The notes below the pieces were generated by a model, which worked only from the letters and a program-made list of their open reading frames with translations, ran no database searches and was not told where the DNA came from. A program made the translations under genes and the position numbers. Shown piece by piece: positions 9,785 to 18,924 of a DNA stretch of 64,000 bases; position 1 is the stretch's first letter; each line of letters starts with the position of its first letter. This DNA is from Nitrosopumilus sp. (GTDB lineage: Archaea > Thermoproteota > Nitrososphaeria > Nitrososphaerales > Nitrosopumilaceae), in assembly GCA_965197525.1 (NCBI GenBank), contig OZ240211.1:1120001-1184000 (forward strand), in the 5' to 3' direction.

Positions 9785-10712
9785 ATGTGTGTTATGAAGA
9801 TAATTCATGTAGGCTCTCATGCAGGCGTTCCTGGGATACTTGCCAAGTATCAGAGGGAGACGCATGATGTCGAACTAGTCTACAAGGATTTGGATATCCT
9901 GGGGGGACGTGCAGTTACTATGGATATACAGGATACAAGTCGTCCATTGACCCGTTGGTGCAAAGAGTGCGTATGTGGCGACACGGCAGGACATCAGAGA
10001 AGGTAGGTGGCGGGAACAGTGGTGGAATACAGCAAGGAAGACAGGTAGCCAACCACGGGTATCACAAAGAGATACGTAACAGGTGCAAAGGTTGCAAGGG
10101 GGTCATACATGTACATGGTGCGTATGCCCTCTTGCCAATGATTCGCAAGGTAGCCCCTGATGCGGGTATCGTTATTCATTATCATGGAACGGATCGTCGT
10201 ACAGGTAAACCAGAAGAGTTGGAGCGGTATGAGAGATACGCAGATTGTGTGCTGGTATCCACCACTGACTTGTTACAAAGATGATCATGCACAATGGGTT
10301 CGCAACCCGATAGACTTGGATCATTTCAAACAGGGTTGACAAACCAGAAGAGTGTGATACTGCATTGTGTATCGTGTGGCTGGCAACTGACACCAAAGAG
10401 GCAGCACGCAGGGAGTTGGACAGGGTACGGCCGGAACTGGGGTTACACTATCATAATAGGTTGGAGAGTCCGATACCATACAAGGACATGCCCCGGATGC
10501 TTGCACGGTACGGGTACTATTTGGATGTAAAGGGTTTGGGCGGGGCGTTGAACATGATTGCAAACTCTATGATCGGGTTGCAGGCGCAAGCTGTTGGCAG
10601 GCCTGTATTTTTTAACGGAAAGGTTGTTTGTGGGAAGCATGTGCTACATGACGGTAGCAAGGCGGTAGAACGGTTAGATGAAATATACAGTGGAATAAAA
10701 CGAAATCTGTAA
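9785..10712 (+). pseudogene. Frameshifted glycosyltransferase-like gene
   Basis: Three consecutive + strand fragments in different frames: MKIIHVGSHAGVPGILAKY (9785), VIHVHG...IVIHYHGTD (9955) and YKDMPRMLARYGYYLD...GLQAQAVGRPV (10365). Together they read as one GT-B-like protein. Confidence 0.6.
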
Positions 10713-10950
10713 GCTAGATTTGATATTTAGGTGTATAAAACATCTTACTGTCTGTTGGTTTGTAAACGAGTAATATGACTTTAATTTATAGAATTTCCGA
10801 TAATAAGAGTAGGTTTACTGCAGTTGTTCCTCCTTCTGTGCATCTATTACAACCTGCTGTCATAGTGGAACGACGCAAAAAACACGTGTTGTGTGTCTAG
10901 CGTATGCTGTGCAACCATACAACGTTTTGACGCAAGATACATCTCATCAG

Positions 10951-11054
10951 ATCTTGCTGCAAAAAAAATCCGCCATATACAGGAAGTCAAAAGCAATAAA
11001 ATGCAGATAAAATGACATCCAATAGGCTTGAAAAACTAAGATTTGGATAACACC
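10951..11054 (+). repeat. Left copy of a 104-bp inverted repeat; probable IS (IS701-like) 3'-end relic
   Basis: 90/104 identical by manual alignment to the reverse complement of 15421-15524; reads ...FDARYISSDLAAKKIRHIQEVKSNKMQIK*. Confidence 0.85.
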
Positions 11055-11158
11055 ACACTTGAGCAAATTTTTATAACATGCCTGATTACTTTCCTACTTC
11101 TTTTCTACTTGTATCCAAGAGATTAGATAAGATCTTTCAGCGATAGTTTTAAACAAAT

Positions 11159-12328
11159 GTGATTTTCACGTCATATATGGATAATGAAACCGCTCCTTTT
11201 ACAGATTTGCCTCAAGCATTAGTAGAACAGATGTTCAGTGTTTCAAAAGAACTAGCTTCAGGGTTAGCTACGCATATTTCTCAAATTCAAAACAAGCGAG
11301 AAGATCTACGTACCAATCTTGAAGAGAGCATACGTCATGAATCAGAAATAATTGCGACGCAGCATTTTCCCACTACAGCTGGCGTGGATGGATCATATTG
11401 TGCAGATAAGCTTCTCGCAACAGATTTTGTAGCTATGGCAGCAGTTGCAGTAGAAGGATTAGTGCCACCAAAATTAAAAGAACCATTATGGCCTAAACCG
11501 CATCATTTCGTAAATGTTGAAAGTTTAACACATGATGAAGCAAGTTTGATTTGGGCAAAAGCTATAATGTTTTCAATGGAAGTTCAATTATCCGCATTAG
11601 CTCCACATGATGTAGTATTTCTAGATGGATCGTTAACGACCCTTTCAATTGCATTTAACCAAGCATTTGGACATTCTACTCCTGAAACATTACGTAATTT
11701 TTTGATAGAAGGAGATTTAAAAAAATATTCAGACGATAGAGAAAAATTTGCATCGGTTGAAATTACCTTGGAAAAATATAGTGAAATTTTGTCAGGAAAA
11801 CGAACAGACAAGATCACGGCAGCCATTCCAAAGTATAGTAGGCGAAATGAAATTTGTGAAAGTATTGGAATTTCAGATTATGATGACAGGGGACTGCTCT
11901 CACTAATTCTAAATCCAGGGGAGTTTACAAATCCTATGCCGATGATAAAAGAAGGGGGTGGAAAATGGTTCACTTCTAAATTACCAGAAACAGTAAGGAA
12001 GACTATCGAAGACATAGAGTATTTGTTGAGCCGTGCGTACGTAATTTATTATAAACCATTCAAACATTTTCCAGCAATTAGAATGGAAGTGAGTGAAACA
12101 GTAGCAAAAAATGATAATAGGTTAGCTATGCTGCTATCAGGGATAAGAGTGCAGTCTGGAACTCCAGGGATGATGGAACCATATCCAACTTATCTTGCAG
12201 ATAAAATGGTAAGACATCTCTCAACAGCGTTACCTGCAATGAAAGGCTTATCAATAACAGAAATAGCATCAGAATGGAAAGGCAACATAGGAGATGTGTA
12301 TTTATCCACACATAGTTACAGGACTTGA
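11159..12328 (+). CDS. nurA: NurA-family 5'-3' nuclease
   Basis: TAGVDGS and VFLDGSL acidic catalytic motifs; C-terminal MEPYPTYLAD. Confidence 0.85.
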   Translation: MIFTSYMDNETAPFTDLPQALVEQMFSVSKELASGLATHISQIQNKREDLRTNLEESIRHESEIIATQHFPTTAGVDGSYCADKLLATDFVAMAAVAVEGLVPPKLKEPLWPKPHHFVNVESLTHDEASLIWAKAIMFSMEVQLSALAPHDVVFLDGSLTTLSIAFNQAFGHSTPETLRNFLIEGDLKKYSDDREKFASVEITLEKYSEILSGKRTDKITAAIPKYSRRNEICESIGISDYDDRGLLSLILNPGEFTNPMPMIKEGGGKWFTSKLPETVRKTIEDIEYLLSRAYVIYYKPFKHFPAIRMEVSETVAKNDNRLAMLLSGIRVQSGTPGMMEPYPTYLADKMVRHLSTALPAMKGLSITEIASEWKGNIGDVYLSTHSYRT

Positions 12329-12332
12329 TATC

Positions 12333-14114
12333 ATGAACGATTTAGAACAAGCAGTGGATAACGGGGAAAAAATCGGAGTAATTGGTTCGCCGTCACGTAC
12401 TTCAAGACTGTCATTAGATATTTTGGGCACTGCCGTAGAAAAGCGATTAGTTGGGACAATTTCTGTTTTTAAATATAGACAGAACGATAGTGTGAATTTT
12501 GCATTGGGGCAAATTACAGAAGTGACTCTTTCAAATCAATTTGCACAAGACCCGATTATGAGGGGACTAATTAGACAGAGAGGAAGTGTAGAACCAATTA
12601 CAAAACAGCAGGATATTCACATGGCAGAAATGATGGTAAGTGCAGTTTTTGAGGAAAGCAATAAAGGATTAGAACAAAGCTCGCTAGATACAATTCCTTC
12701 CACAGGCACTCCAATTAAACTGATTAATCAAGACATCATGAGCCAAATTGTTGCACCATACGAAAAGGACCTTTCAATAGTTGGTAAAGTGTTTGGTAAT
12801 GAAGTGTTAATGCCTAGCTGGTTCAGACATTTTGGAAGAGCTTCAGAAGGCGGTATTGGTGATGCAATGCATTTAGGAATTTTTGGAAAAACAGGTTCAG
12901 GAAAATCAGTATTGGGGAAAATGATATTGTTGTCATATATGAAACACAAACCAATGTCTATTTTAATTTTAGACCCCCAAGGGGAATTTTCAAAAATGGC
13001 ATTAGATGAAGACGTTTCAAAATTTGTTAAAGAATATTGTGGAAAGGAAATAGAGGTATATGATTTATCCCGATTGCTTTTAGTTTCTAAACATGATCTT
13101 TTTAAAAAAATTTTAGTGTCTTCCAATTTTCTTAGAAAACTCGGTATAAAACATCTGGATAATCAAATGGATGGAGCAGAACAAATTTTAAGAATATTGT
13201 TGCACAAATATGGCCATGCAGTTTCAAGTTCAATAACTGGAGAAGTTAAAATTTGGAAGGCGTATTCGAGAGAAGTTTTTGATCACGTTTGGGAAAGAAT
13301 ACAACACGTAGCATCTGGTAGAGGACCAAATCCTGCACACCCAGTAATCGATCATATCTACACTGCTACAGATACTCGAAATAGAATTTTAAATACTATG
13401 GACAGTGCCAATGAGGATGAATTTTATGAGTTATGGAGAAATGTTTTACATTTATTTGGAAGAGAAAATAAATATGAAGTGACACGATTGGATAAAGTTT
13501 TAGAAACGATTGGAAATAAAAAAAATGGGAAAATTGTCATTGTTAATTTATCCGACAATGGTGTCCCCGACGAGCTATTTTGGAATGAAAGAAGTCAATC
13601 CATAGCAATAAACCACATTTTAGAGAATCTTGTAGATATTGCAAAGATGAAATACAACCAAGGAGGAGATCTCAACACACTTGTTGTATTGGATGAAGCA
13701 CATCGTTTTGCGCCACGCCGTATTGAAGTTGATGATGAAGAAATAGAAGAATTAAGGCATACTCTACGAGATGCAGTTAGAACGACCAGAAAATACAAAT
13801 TAGGATGGATGTTTATCAGTCAAACTTTGGCCAGTTTAGATAAGGAAATTATCAATCAGTTAAGGATGTATTTTTTTGGACATGGTCTTGCTTGGGGTAC
13901 GGAATTAGAGGCGTTACGACAGTTGATTGGAGGAAATTCATCGGCTCAGAAACTATATCAGCAGTTTAAAGATCCTGAAAGTAGCATAGGTGAAAAAAAA
14001 TATTCTTTTATGGGCATTGGGCCTTCATCACCCCTGTCATTCTCACAGGTGCCGTTATTCTTCAATTCATTAGATTTTCCAAAAGAATACTTATCAAATA
14101 ATAAAACGGAGTAG
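12333..14114 (+). CDS. herA: HerA/FtsK-family ATPase/helicase with N-terminal HAS barrel
   Basis: Walker A GIFGKTGSGKS, ILDPQGEF, Walker B VVLDEAHRF, TRKYKLG and ISQ. ATG at 12333 lies 4 bp after the nurA stop. Confidence 0.9.
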   Translation: MNDLEQAVDNGEKIGVIGSPSRTSRLSLDILGTAVEKRLVGTISVFKYRQNDSVNFALGQITEVTLSNQFAQDPIMRGLIRQRGSVEPITKQQDIHMAEMMVSAVFEESNKGLEQSSLDTIPSTGTPIKLINQDIMSQIVAPYEKDLSIVGKVFGNEVLMPSWFRHFGRASEGGIGDAMHLGIFGKTGSGKSVLGKMILLSYMKHKPMSILILDPQGEFSKMALDEDVSKFVKEYCGKEIEVYDLSRLLLVSKHDLFKKILVSSNFLRKLGIKHLDNQMDGAEQILRILLHKYGHAVSSSITGEVKIWKAYSREVFDHVWERIQHVASGRGPNPAHPVIDHIYTATDTRNRILNTMDSANEDEFYELWRNVLHLFGRENKYEVTRLDKVLETIGNKKNGKIVIVNLSDNGVPDELFWNERSQSIAINHILENLVDIAKMKYNQGGDLNTLVVLDEAHRFAPRRIEVDDEEIEELRHTLRDAVRTTRKYKLGWMFISQTLASLDKEIINQLRMYFFGHGLAWGTELEALRQLIGGNSSAQKLYQQFKDPESSIGEKKYSFMGIGPSSPLSFSQVPLFFNSLDFPKEYLSNNKTE

Positions 14115-14119
14115 AACTG

Positions 14120-15337
14120 TTGATACGGCACCATCTTAATGTAGTGGATTTATTTGCAGGATGTGGAGCATTAAGTGCAGGATTTAACAATGTTGAAAAT
14201 AATCCATATAATGTTGTTTTGGCAAATGAAATCGATCCGCATGCAGCAAAGGCATATGAATTGAATCACCCTTCAACAGAAATGTTTTTGGATGACGTTA
14301 AACAATTAACTCAAAAAAAAATACGATTGATAACAGGATTAAAGAAAAATGAAATCGATGTAGTTATTGGCGGGCCGCCATGTCAAGGTTTTTCCGCAGC
14401 GGGCAATAGATTTGAAAACGACCCACGAAATAAATATTTTCTAGAATTTATAAGATTGATCAAAGAACTAAATCCTACAGTTTCAGTATTAGAAAATGTT
14501 CCTCAATTTCTGACTACAGCAAATGGCAGATACGCAAAAATATTTTCAAAATTAATGAGCAAACTTGGATATAAGACAAGAATCACAGTGTTATTAGCTA
14601 GTGACTACGGAATACCTCAAGTTAGAAAACGAGCTATTTGTATCTCTGTAAAAAACAATTTTAAAGATGAAATTACTTTTCCTGCACCCACTCATGAAAA
14701 AATTCTTAATGCACATTTAATTCAAAAAGGAAACCTTGAAGGAATCGCGCGTCAAGAAGATTCAAACCTAGAAAAGTTTGTATCAATTAGTGATACTATA
14801 GCGGATTTACCCAAATTAAATCCAAAAAATACAAATGAAACCAACTATTCAAAAAAGCCATTTTCAGATTATCAAAAAGAGCGAAGGAAAAAATCTAAAA
14901 ATATTTCTCATCACGAATACTGGGGACATTCTAAATTATTGTTAAAGTACATCTCAAAAATTCCTGAGGGTGGACGAATGATCGAAACATATTCGGAAGA
15001 CATGTGGAAAGGGAAAGGTTTCGGACAAGCTTATGGACGTTTACATAGAAATGGAGTAGGACAAACCATCACTACTTTCTTCCACAATCCTGGGTCTGGT
15101 CGTTTTATACACTATCGAGATTTACGTGCAATTTCAGTCAGAGAAGCAGCAAGAATTCAAGGATTTGACGATAATTTTATTTTTTATGGAAGTAAAACTC
15201 AACAAGAAAAACAAGTAGGTAATGCAGTACCTCCACTATTAGCACAAAAAATTGGAGAACATGTATATCAATCTATTTTTCTTAAAAAAACAGTACCTAT
15301 ACTGATAATCAAAAATTTATCGGTATGTAAATTTTAA
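14120..15337 (+). CDS. DNA (cytosine-5)-methyltransferase
   Basis: Motif I DLFAGCGAL, IV GGPPCQGFS (catalytic Cys), VI ENVPQ, VIII PQVRKR and X QVGNAVPP; 5 bp after the herA stop. Confidence 0.93.
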   Translation: MIRHHLNVVDLFAGCGALSAGFNNVENNPYNVVLANEIDPHAAKAYELNHPSTEMFLDDVKQLTQKKIRLITGLKKNEIDVVIGGPPCQGFSAAGNRFENDPRNKYFLEFIRLIKELNPTVSVLENVPQFLTTANGRYAKIFSKLMSKLGYKTRITVLLASDYGIPQVRKRAICISVKNNFKDEITFPAPTHEKILNAHLIQKGNLEGIARQEDSNLEKFVSISDTIADLPKLNPKNTNETNYSKKPFSDYQKERRKKSKNISHHEYWGHSKLLLKYISKIPEGGRMIETYSEDMWKGKGFGQAYGRLHRNGVGQTITTFFHNPGSGRFIHYRDLRAISVREAARIQGFDDNFIFYGSKTQQEKQVGNAVPPLLAQKIGEHVYQSIFLKKTVPILIIKNLSVCKF

Positions 15338-15420
15338 TAAACCGCAAACTGTATTGATCCCGGCATACCAAACTGATGTAACTATATGTGAAACAAGAAA
15401 GAAATTTAGATAGTAATCGG

Positions 15421-15524
15421 GGCGTTGTCCAAATCTTAGTTTTTCAAACCCATTGGATGTTATTTTATCTGCATTTTATTGCTTTTAACTTCCTGTATGT
15501 GATGGAATTTTCTCGTGGCAAGAT
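15421..15524 (-). repeat. Right copy of the 104-bp inverted repeat
   Basis: Reverse complement matches 10951-11054; reads ...LAKEHLATRKFHHIQEVKSNKMQIK*. Confidence 0.85.
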
Positions 15525-15849
15525 GTTCTTTGGCCAATCGCACTCCATTCCACATTAGAAAGGTGTCTGTATAATACAATCCAACATTACCATTACGTTA
15601 TCATGCCAAAAAATTAGTTATTACAACAAAACCAATACTAAGAACTCCACCTAATAGAACTATATCCCGAGCATTGTCAATTATTTCATTGAACATGAAT
15701 TAGATTCTATACTGTGATTAATAAATAGAGGGTTATAACTAAATAACCTATACATGAATTTAGCTGGTTATTCCATGGAAAGGACAGTTGTTGATGAAGT
15801 TACTGTCTTGATTTGCTAGATACTTATTAACATCATTTTAAATTGGTTC

Positions 15850-16299
15850 ATGGATGATCCTCATCATTGTAGGTGTTTTTTTGTCAAGGACACCCAATGT
15901 TTTGAAGATATTCTTCTAGATTTTGGTTTTCAAGATGAGCTGCAAGAAGATCATGGACAATTATATGGATATGTATTGCGAGTGAGTGACAAACTTCAAC
16001 ACCACATAAAGGTAATGCCTGATGGGAATATTGAATCAGAAATGGAACCTCCTCCTGCATATCCTGCAGCTCATATAAATCAAGAACATAGTTATTCAGC
16101 GCATAAAGAGACGAGGCAGGTTTTACGTCTAGCAAGAGTTGATTACGATGTAATTTCTCCAATACCTGACACCTGTAAAAACCGTAAAATAAAAAAACCA
16201 GACAGTCCTACGCACGCAGCTGAATTTGTCGTTGCAGGAATAATTGGGATTACAGCAGGTTATATTTTAAAAAAACTACTTGAAGACGATGAGGAATAG
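15850..16299 (+). CDS. Hypothetical protein with C-terminal hydrophobic helix
   Basis: 149-aa ORF with a plausible ATG; no motif recognised. Confidence 0.6.
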   Translation: MDDPHHCRCFFVKDTQCFEDILLDFGFQDELQEDHGQLYGYVLRVSDKLQHHIKVMPDGNIESEMEPPPAYPAAHINQEHSYSAHKETRQVLRLARVDYDVISPIPDTCKNRKIKKPDSPTHAAEFVVAGIIGITAGYILKKLLEDDEE

Positions 16300-16561
16300 G
16301 ACTTCACTGAAGATTCTTCTAACCTAAATATTTATCATAATTTATTGACAAATCATGTACGTCTTCGATATAAGAAATGTCCATGTAATGACAGTGTTCT
16401 CTTTGATTGCTTTTGGTGAATTGGGACATATCGCTTCTAAGATAAACACAGAATATGATAAAAGATGTGCGATAGCGTGTCTTGTTGCTTCTGATACGAG
16501 ATTTATCCATGCCTAAAATAGGTATACTTTTATCAACACATTCATTCAGTAGTTATTGGTC

Positions 16562-16878
16562 TTATGATTTTATTATATCATAGTATTTAGCTAACATCTG
16601 ATCGCTTGATAAATGAACATATGGATTAATTCTATCAACAAGTGACTTTATCACGTATTTGAGACATCGGTCTGCATCTTCTCTCGTAATTTATTTTCCG
16701 TTATGATAGTATTTGTTACGTTTATTTTTCAACTCCGTTAAGAGATCATAAGATTTTTCATCAATTGTCCTGAAATGCAAGAACTTCCAAAATATAGTCA
16801 AACGTCCAGTAATTCGAATTTATCAGTTTGCTTAAACGCTGTGAACCCATGTTCTTCTGGGATAGTAACGCATTCCAA
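16562..16878 (-). pseudogene. Degraded HEPN-domain gene fragment
   Basis: Manual translation IDEKSYDLLTELKNKRNKYYHNGK*ITREDADRCLKYVIK has an RX4H motif in helical context, with an internal stop and probably an upstream frameshift. Confidence 0.4.
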
Positions 16879-17121
16879 GGATTAGAATAGTATCTCTCTC
16901 TATCACACTCCAGCTAATAATAAAATATGATCTGGAGACGCCTGCTAGGGCGTTTGTAAGAAAGATGCCGGAATCAGGAACGATAATTATTGACAAGCAG
17001 ACAGGAGAGGAGTATCATGCAGAATAAAGGATGAACTAGTTTCAGGATACTGCAAGCCTGTACATAAAGAAGAAAAGTAAACTGGGAATTGTATAACTCT
17101 AAAGGAAACTATTGTGATCGG

Positions 17122-17325
17122 TCAAATCATGCGTAACTCTTTTAGAATTTTTTCAAGTTTGTCAAACACGTGATCAGGGCATGGGTATTTTGGTGTTGAA
17201 CCAATCCTATTCCATGACGTGTGCTTGGTTTTCCCATGTCTTCTTTTGATATCTGCAATCCAGCATGTTTTAACCGTCTTGCCATAACGCTTCTTATAGA
17301 TTTCCTGTGCTTCCATATAGGTCAT
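17122..17325 (-). CDS. Small basic putative nucleic-acid-binding protein
   Basis: TYxExQ...YGxTVKTCWIAxxK...YPCP pattern, recalled as a small domain often appended to RlmD-type methyltransferases. Confidence 0.6.
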   Translation of the reverse strand: MTYMEAQEIYKKRYGKTVKTCWIADIKRRHGKTKHTSWNRIGSTPKYPCPDHVFDKLEKILKELRMI

Positions 17326-17390
17326 AAATAATGTAAGACGGAATAGATAAAAATGTAATAGGCTGCCTTGGTGTAAGATATAGCAATATC

Positions 17391-18107
17391 ATGCAACCTG
17401 ACAGCCCTCAACCAAGCGATCCTGCAATCACGAATCGACTGTCGCAGGCATGGGATGCGCTATATCGTAAAGGTAGATATCATGCAGAACACGCACTAGA
17501 CTTTACTGACGATATTCTAAAAGAGCTGCATGCCAATCCGGACCTGATTAGTGGTCGTGGACTCTATGTCGGGTGCGGGAATGGACGGAACTACTCCAAG
17601 CTAGCAGAGTCAGGATTGGATGTAACGGGACTGGATGTATCCGGGGTGGCACTAGCAGAGTTATCAAAAAGGTTACCACAGTACGCTGCCATGCTACACC
17701 AGTGTGATTTCTTGGATTACAGGCAAGAAGAACTGTTCCAATACGTCATAGCAATACAGGTATTCCAGCACGGGAACATGGACAGAGTAAACAGATATTT
17801 TGAAAAGGCATCCATGCTCCTAGAAAGAGACGGGCTGGTATTTCTACGCGTAAATGCCTCAAACACGGTAATACAATACGATCATGATGTAATTGAAGAG
17901 AATGATACCGTGGGATTTACCGTTCACTACATGGAAGGACCAAAGAAGGGATTGGATATACATTTCTTCTCCAAAGAAGAGATCTGTAGTCTTGTATCCA
18001 AAAACGATATGACTGTAGTACGGGAATTAAGAAATGTCACAACCAAACGAGTCTCTCCTCGTGTCGGCTCATGGTCACAGTGGGAACTGGTTGCAAGGAA
18101 GAATTAG
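17391..18107 (+). CDS. Class I SAM-dependent methyltransferase
   Basis: LYVGCGNGRN, GLDVSGVAL and YVIAIQVFQH motifs. Confidence 0.85.
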   Translation: MQPDSPQPSDPAITNRLSQAWDALYRKGRYHAEHALDFTDDILKELHANPDLISGRGLYVGCGNGRNYSKLAESGLDVTGLDVSGVALAELSKRLPQYAAMLHQCDFLDYRQEELFQYVIAIQVFQHGNMDRVNRYFEKASMLLERDGLVFLRVNASNTVIQYDHDVIEENDTVGFTVHYMEGPKKGLDIHFFSKEEICSLVSKNDMTVVRELRNVTTKRVSPRVGSWSQWELVARKN

Positions 18108-18134
18108 GACGGTATGAGTATTAATGAAATCAAT

Positions 18135-18359
18135 TCAATCATGATTATCTTTTACAAATTTTTCTTTCATTTCTTTCAAATTTCTTACTTTGATATATTC
18201 TAAAAAGGCATGATTTGCAATATCTGATAATTCCTCAATTATGTTTTGATACATGTCATTCTTCAAATAGTCGTTTCCTTCTTGTCCTTCTCCTTTTTCT
18301 AATCTATCATGACAGAGTGCGATAAAATCCTCGAGATGTTTTTTCATTGCTTTATTCAT
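18135..18359 (-). CDS. Small hypothetical protein, MazG/dUTPase-like helical motif
   Basis: IEELSDIANHA (EExxD) pattern. Confidence 0.45.
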   Translation of the reverse strand: MNKAMKKHLEDFIALCHDRLEKGEGQEGNDYLKNDMYQNIIEELSDIANHAFLEYIKVRNLKEMKEKFVKDNHD

Positions 18360-18924
18360 TGTTTAGTCTTAGTTTTTGGTAGTTTATTCTAATAATTATA
18401 CTTTGTATAATTTAGTTGGTACGAGACCGTAGATTCGTTTAGATGAGATGGAAACAATACTGGATCTTGAATTTATGTCTAGTTGGCAGATATTCGATCT
18501 CATATCTGGATGTATGGATTCGGGCCCCATGTTCACTCAGGTCAGCAAATTGCCAGTATTGTGGCATTAGATAACATAAAACACCATCTCAACACCTGAT
18601 AGTAACTGCTGGTAGGGATCTTTGTCTGATCTGATCCGGCAGTTCAAACGAATTCCAATTAGAATTCATAACCATATTTTCCACTGCAATACGAGAGAAG
18701 AAACACCCCTCCCATATACATTCAGGATTCCAAGTTTGCTAGATACCGACATGTTGCAGTATTTGAAATTCACTTACAACTCTCATGCAAAGCTTGAATT
18801 AAAGGAATAATCTCAATTATCCAATCAAAAGTGACTATACATAATAAACGACAAAAATACTAGTTTGTTCTCCAATCTAGATTACAATACAGTTCAGAAT
18901 CAGTGTTACTAGATTCATTTACTA

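Noticed and set aside
10730-10748. Outer terminal inverted repeat of the left IS relic
   Set aside because: Only 12/19 match in AT-rich DNA, and no target-site duplication was identified.
11159-14114. Housekeeping herA-nurA repair operon
   Set aside because: No mre11 or rad50 is adjacent; the pair is coupled to an MTase and bounded by repeats. This cannot be fully excluded without the rest of the genome.
18430-18790. Interrupted minus-strand reading frame
   Set aside because: Possibly a pseudogene, but no recognisable motif.
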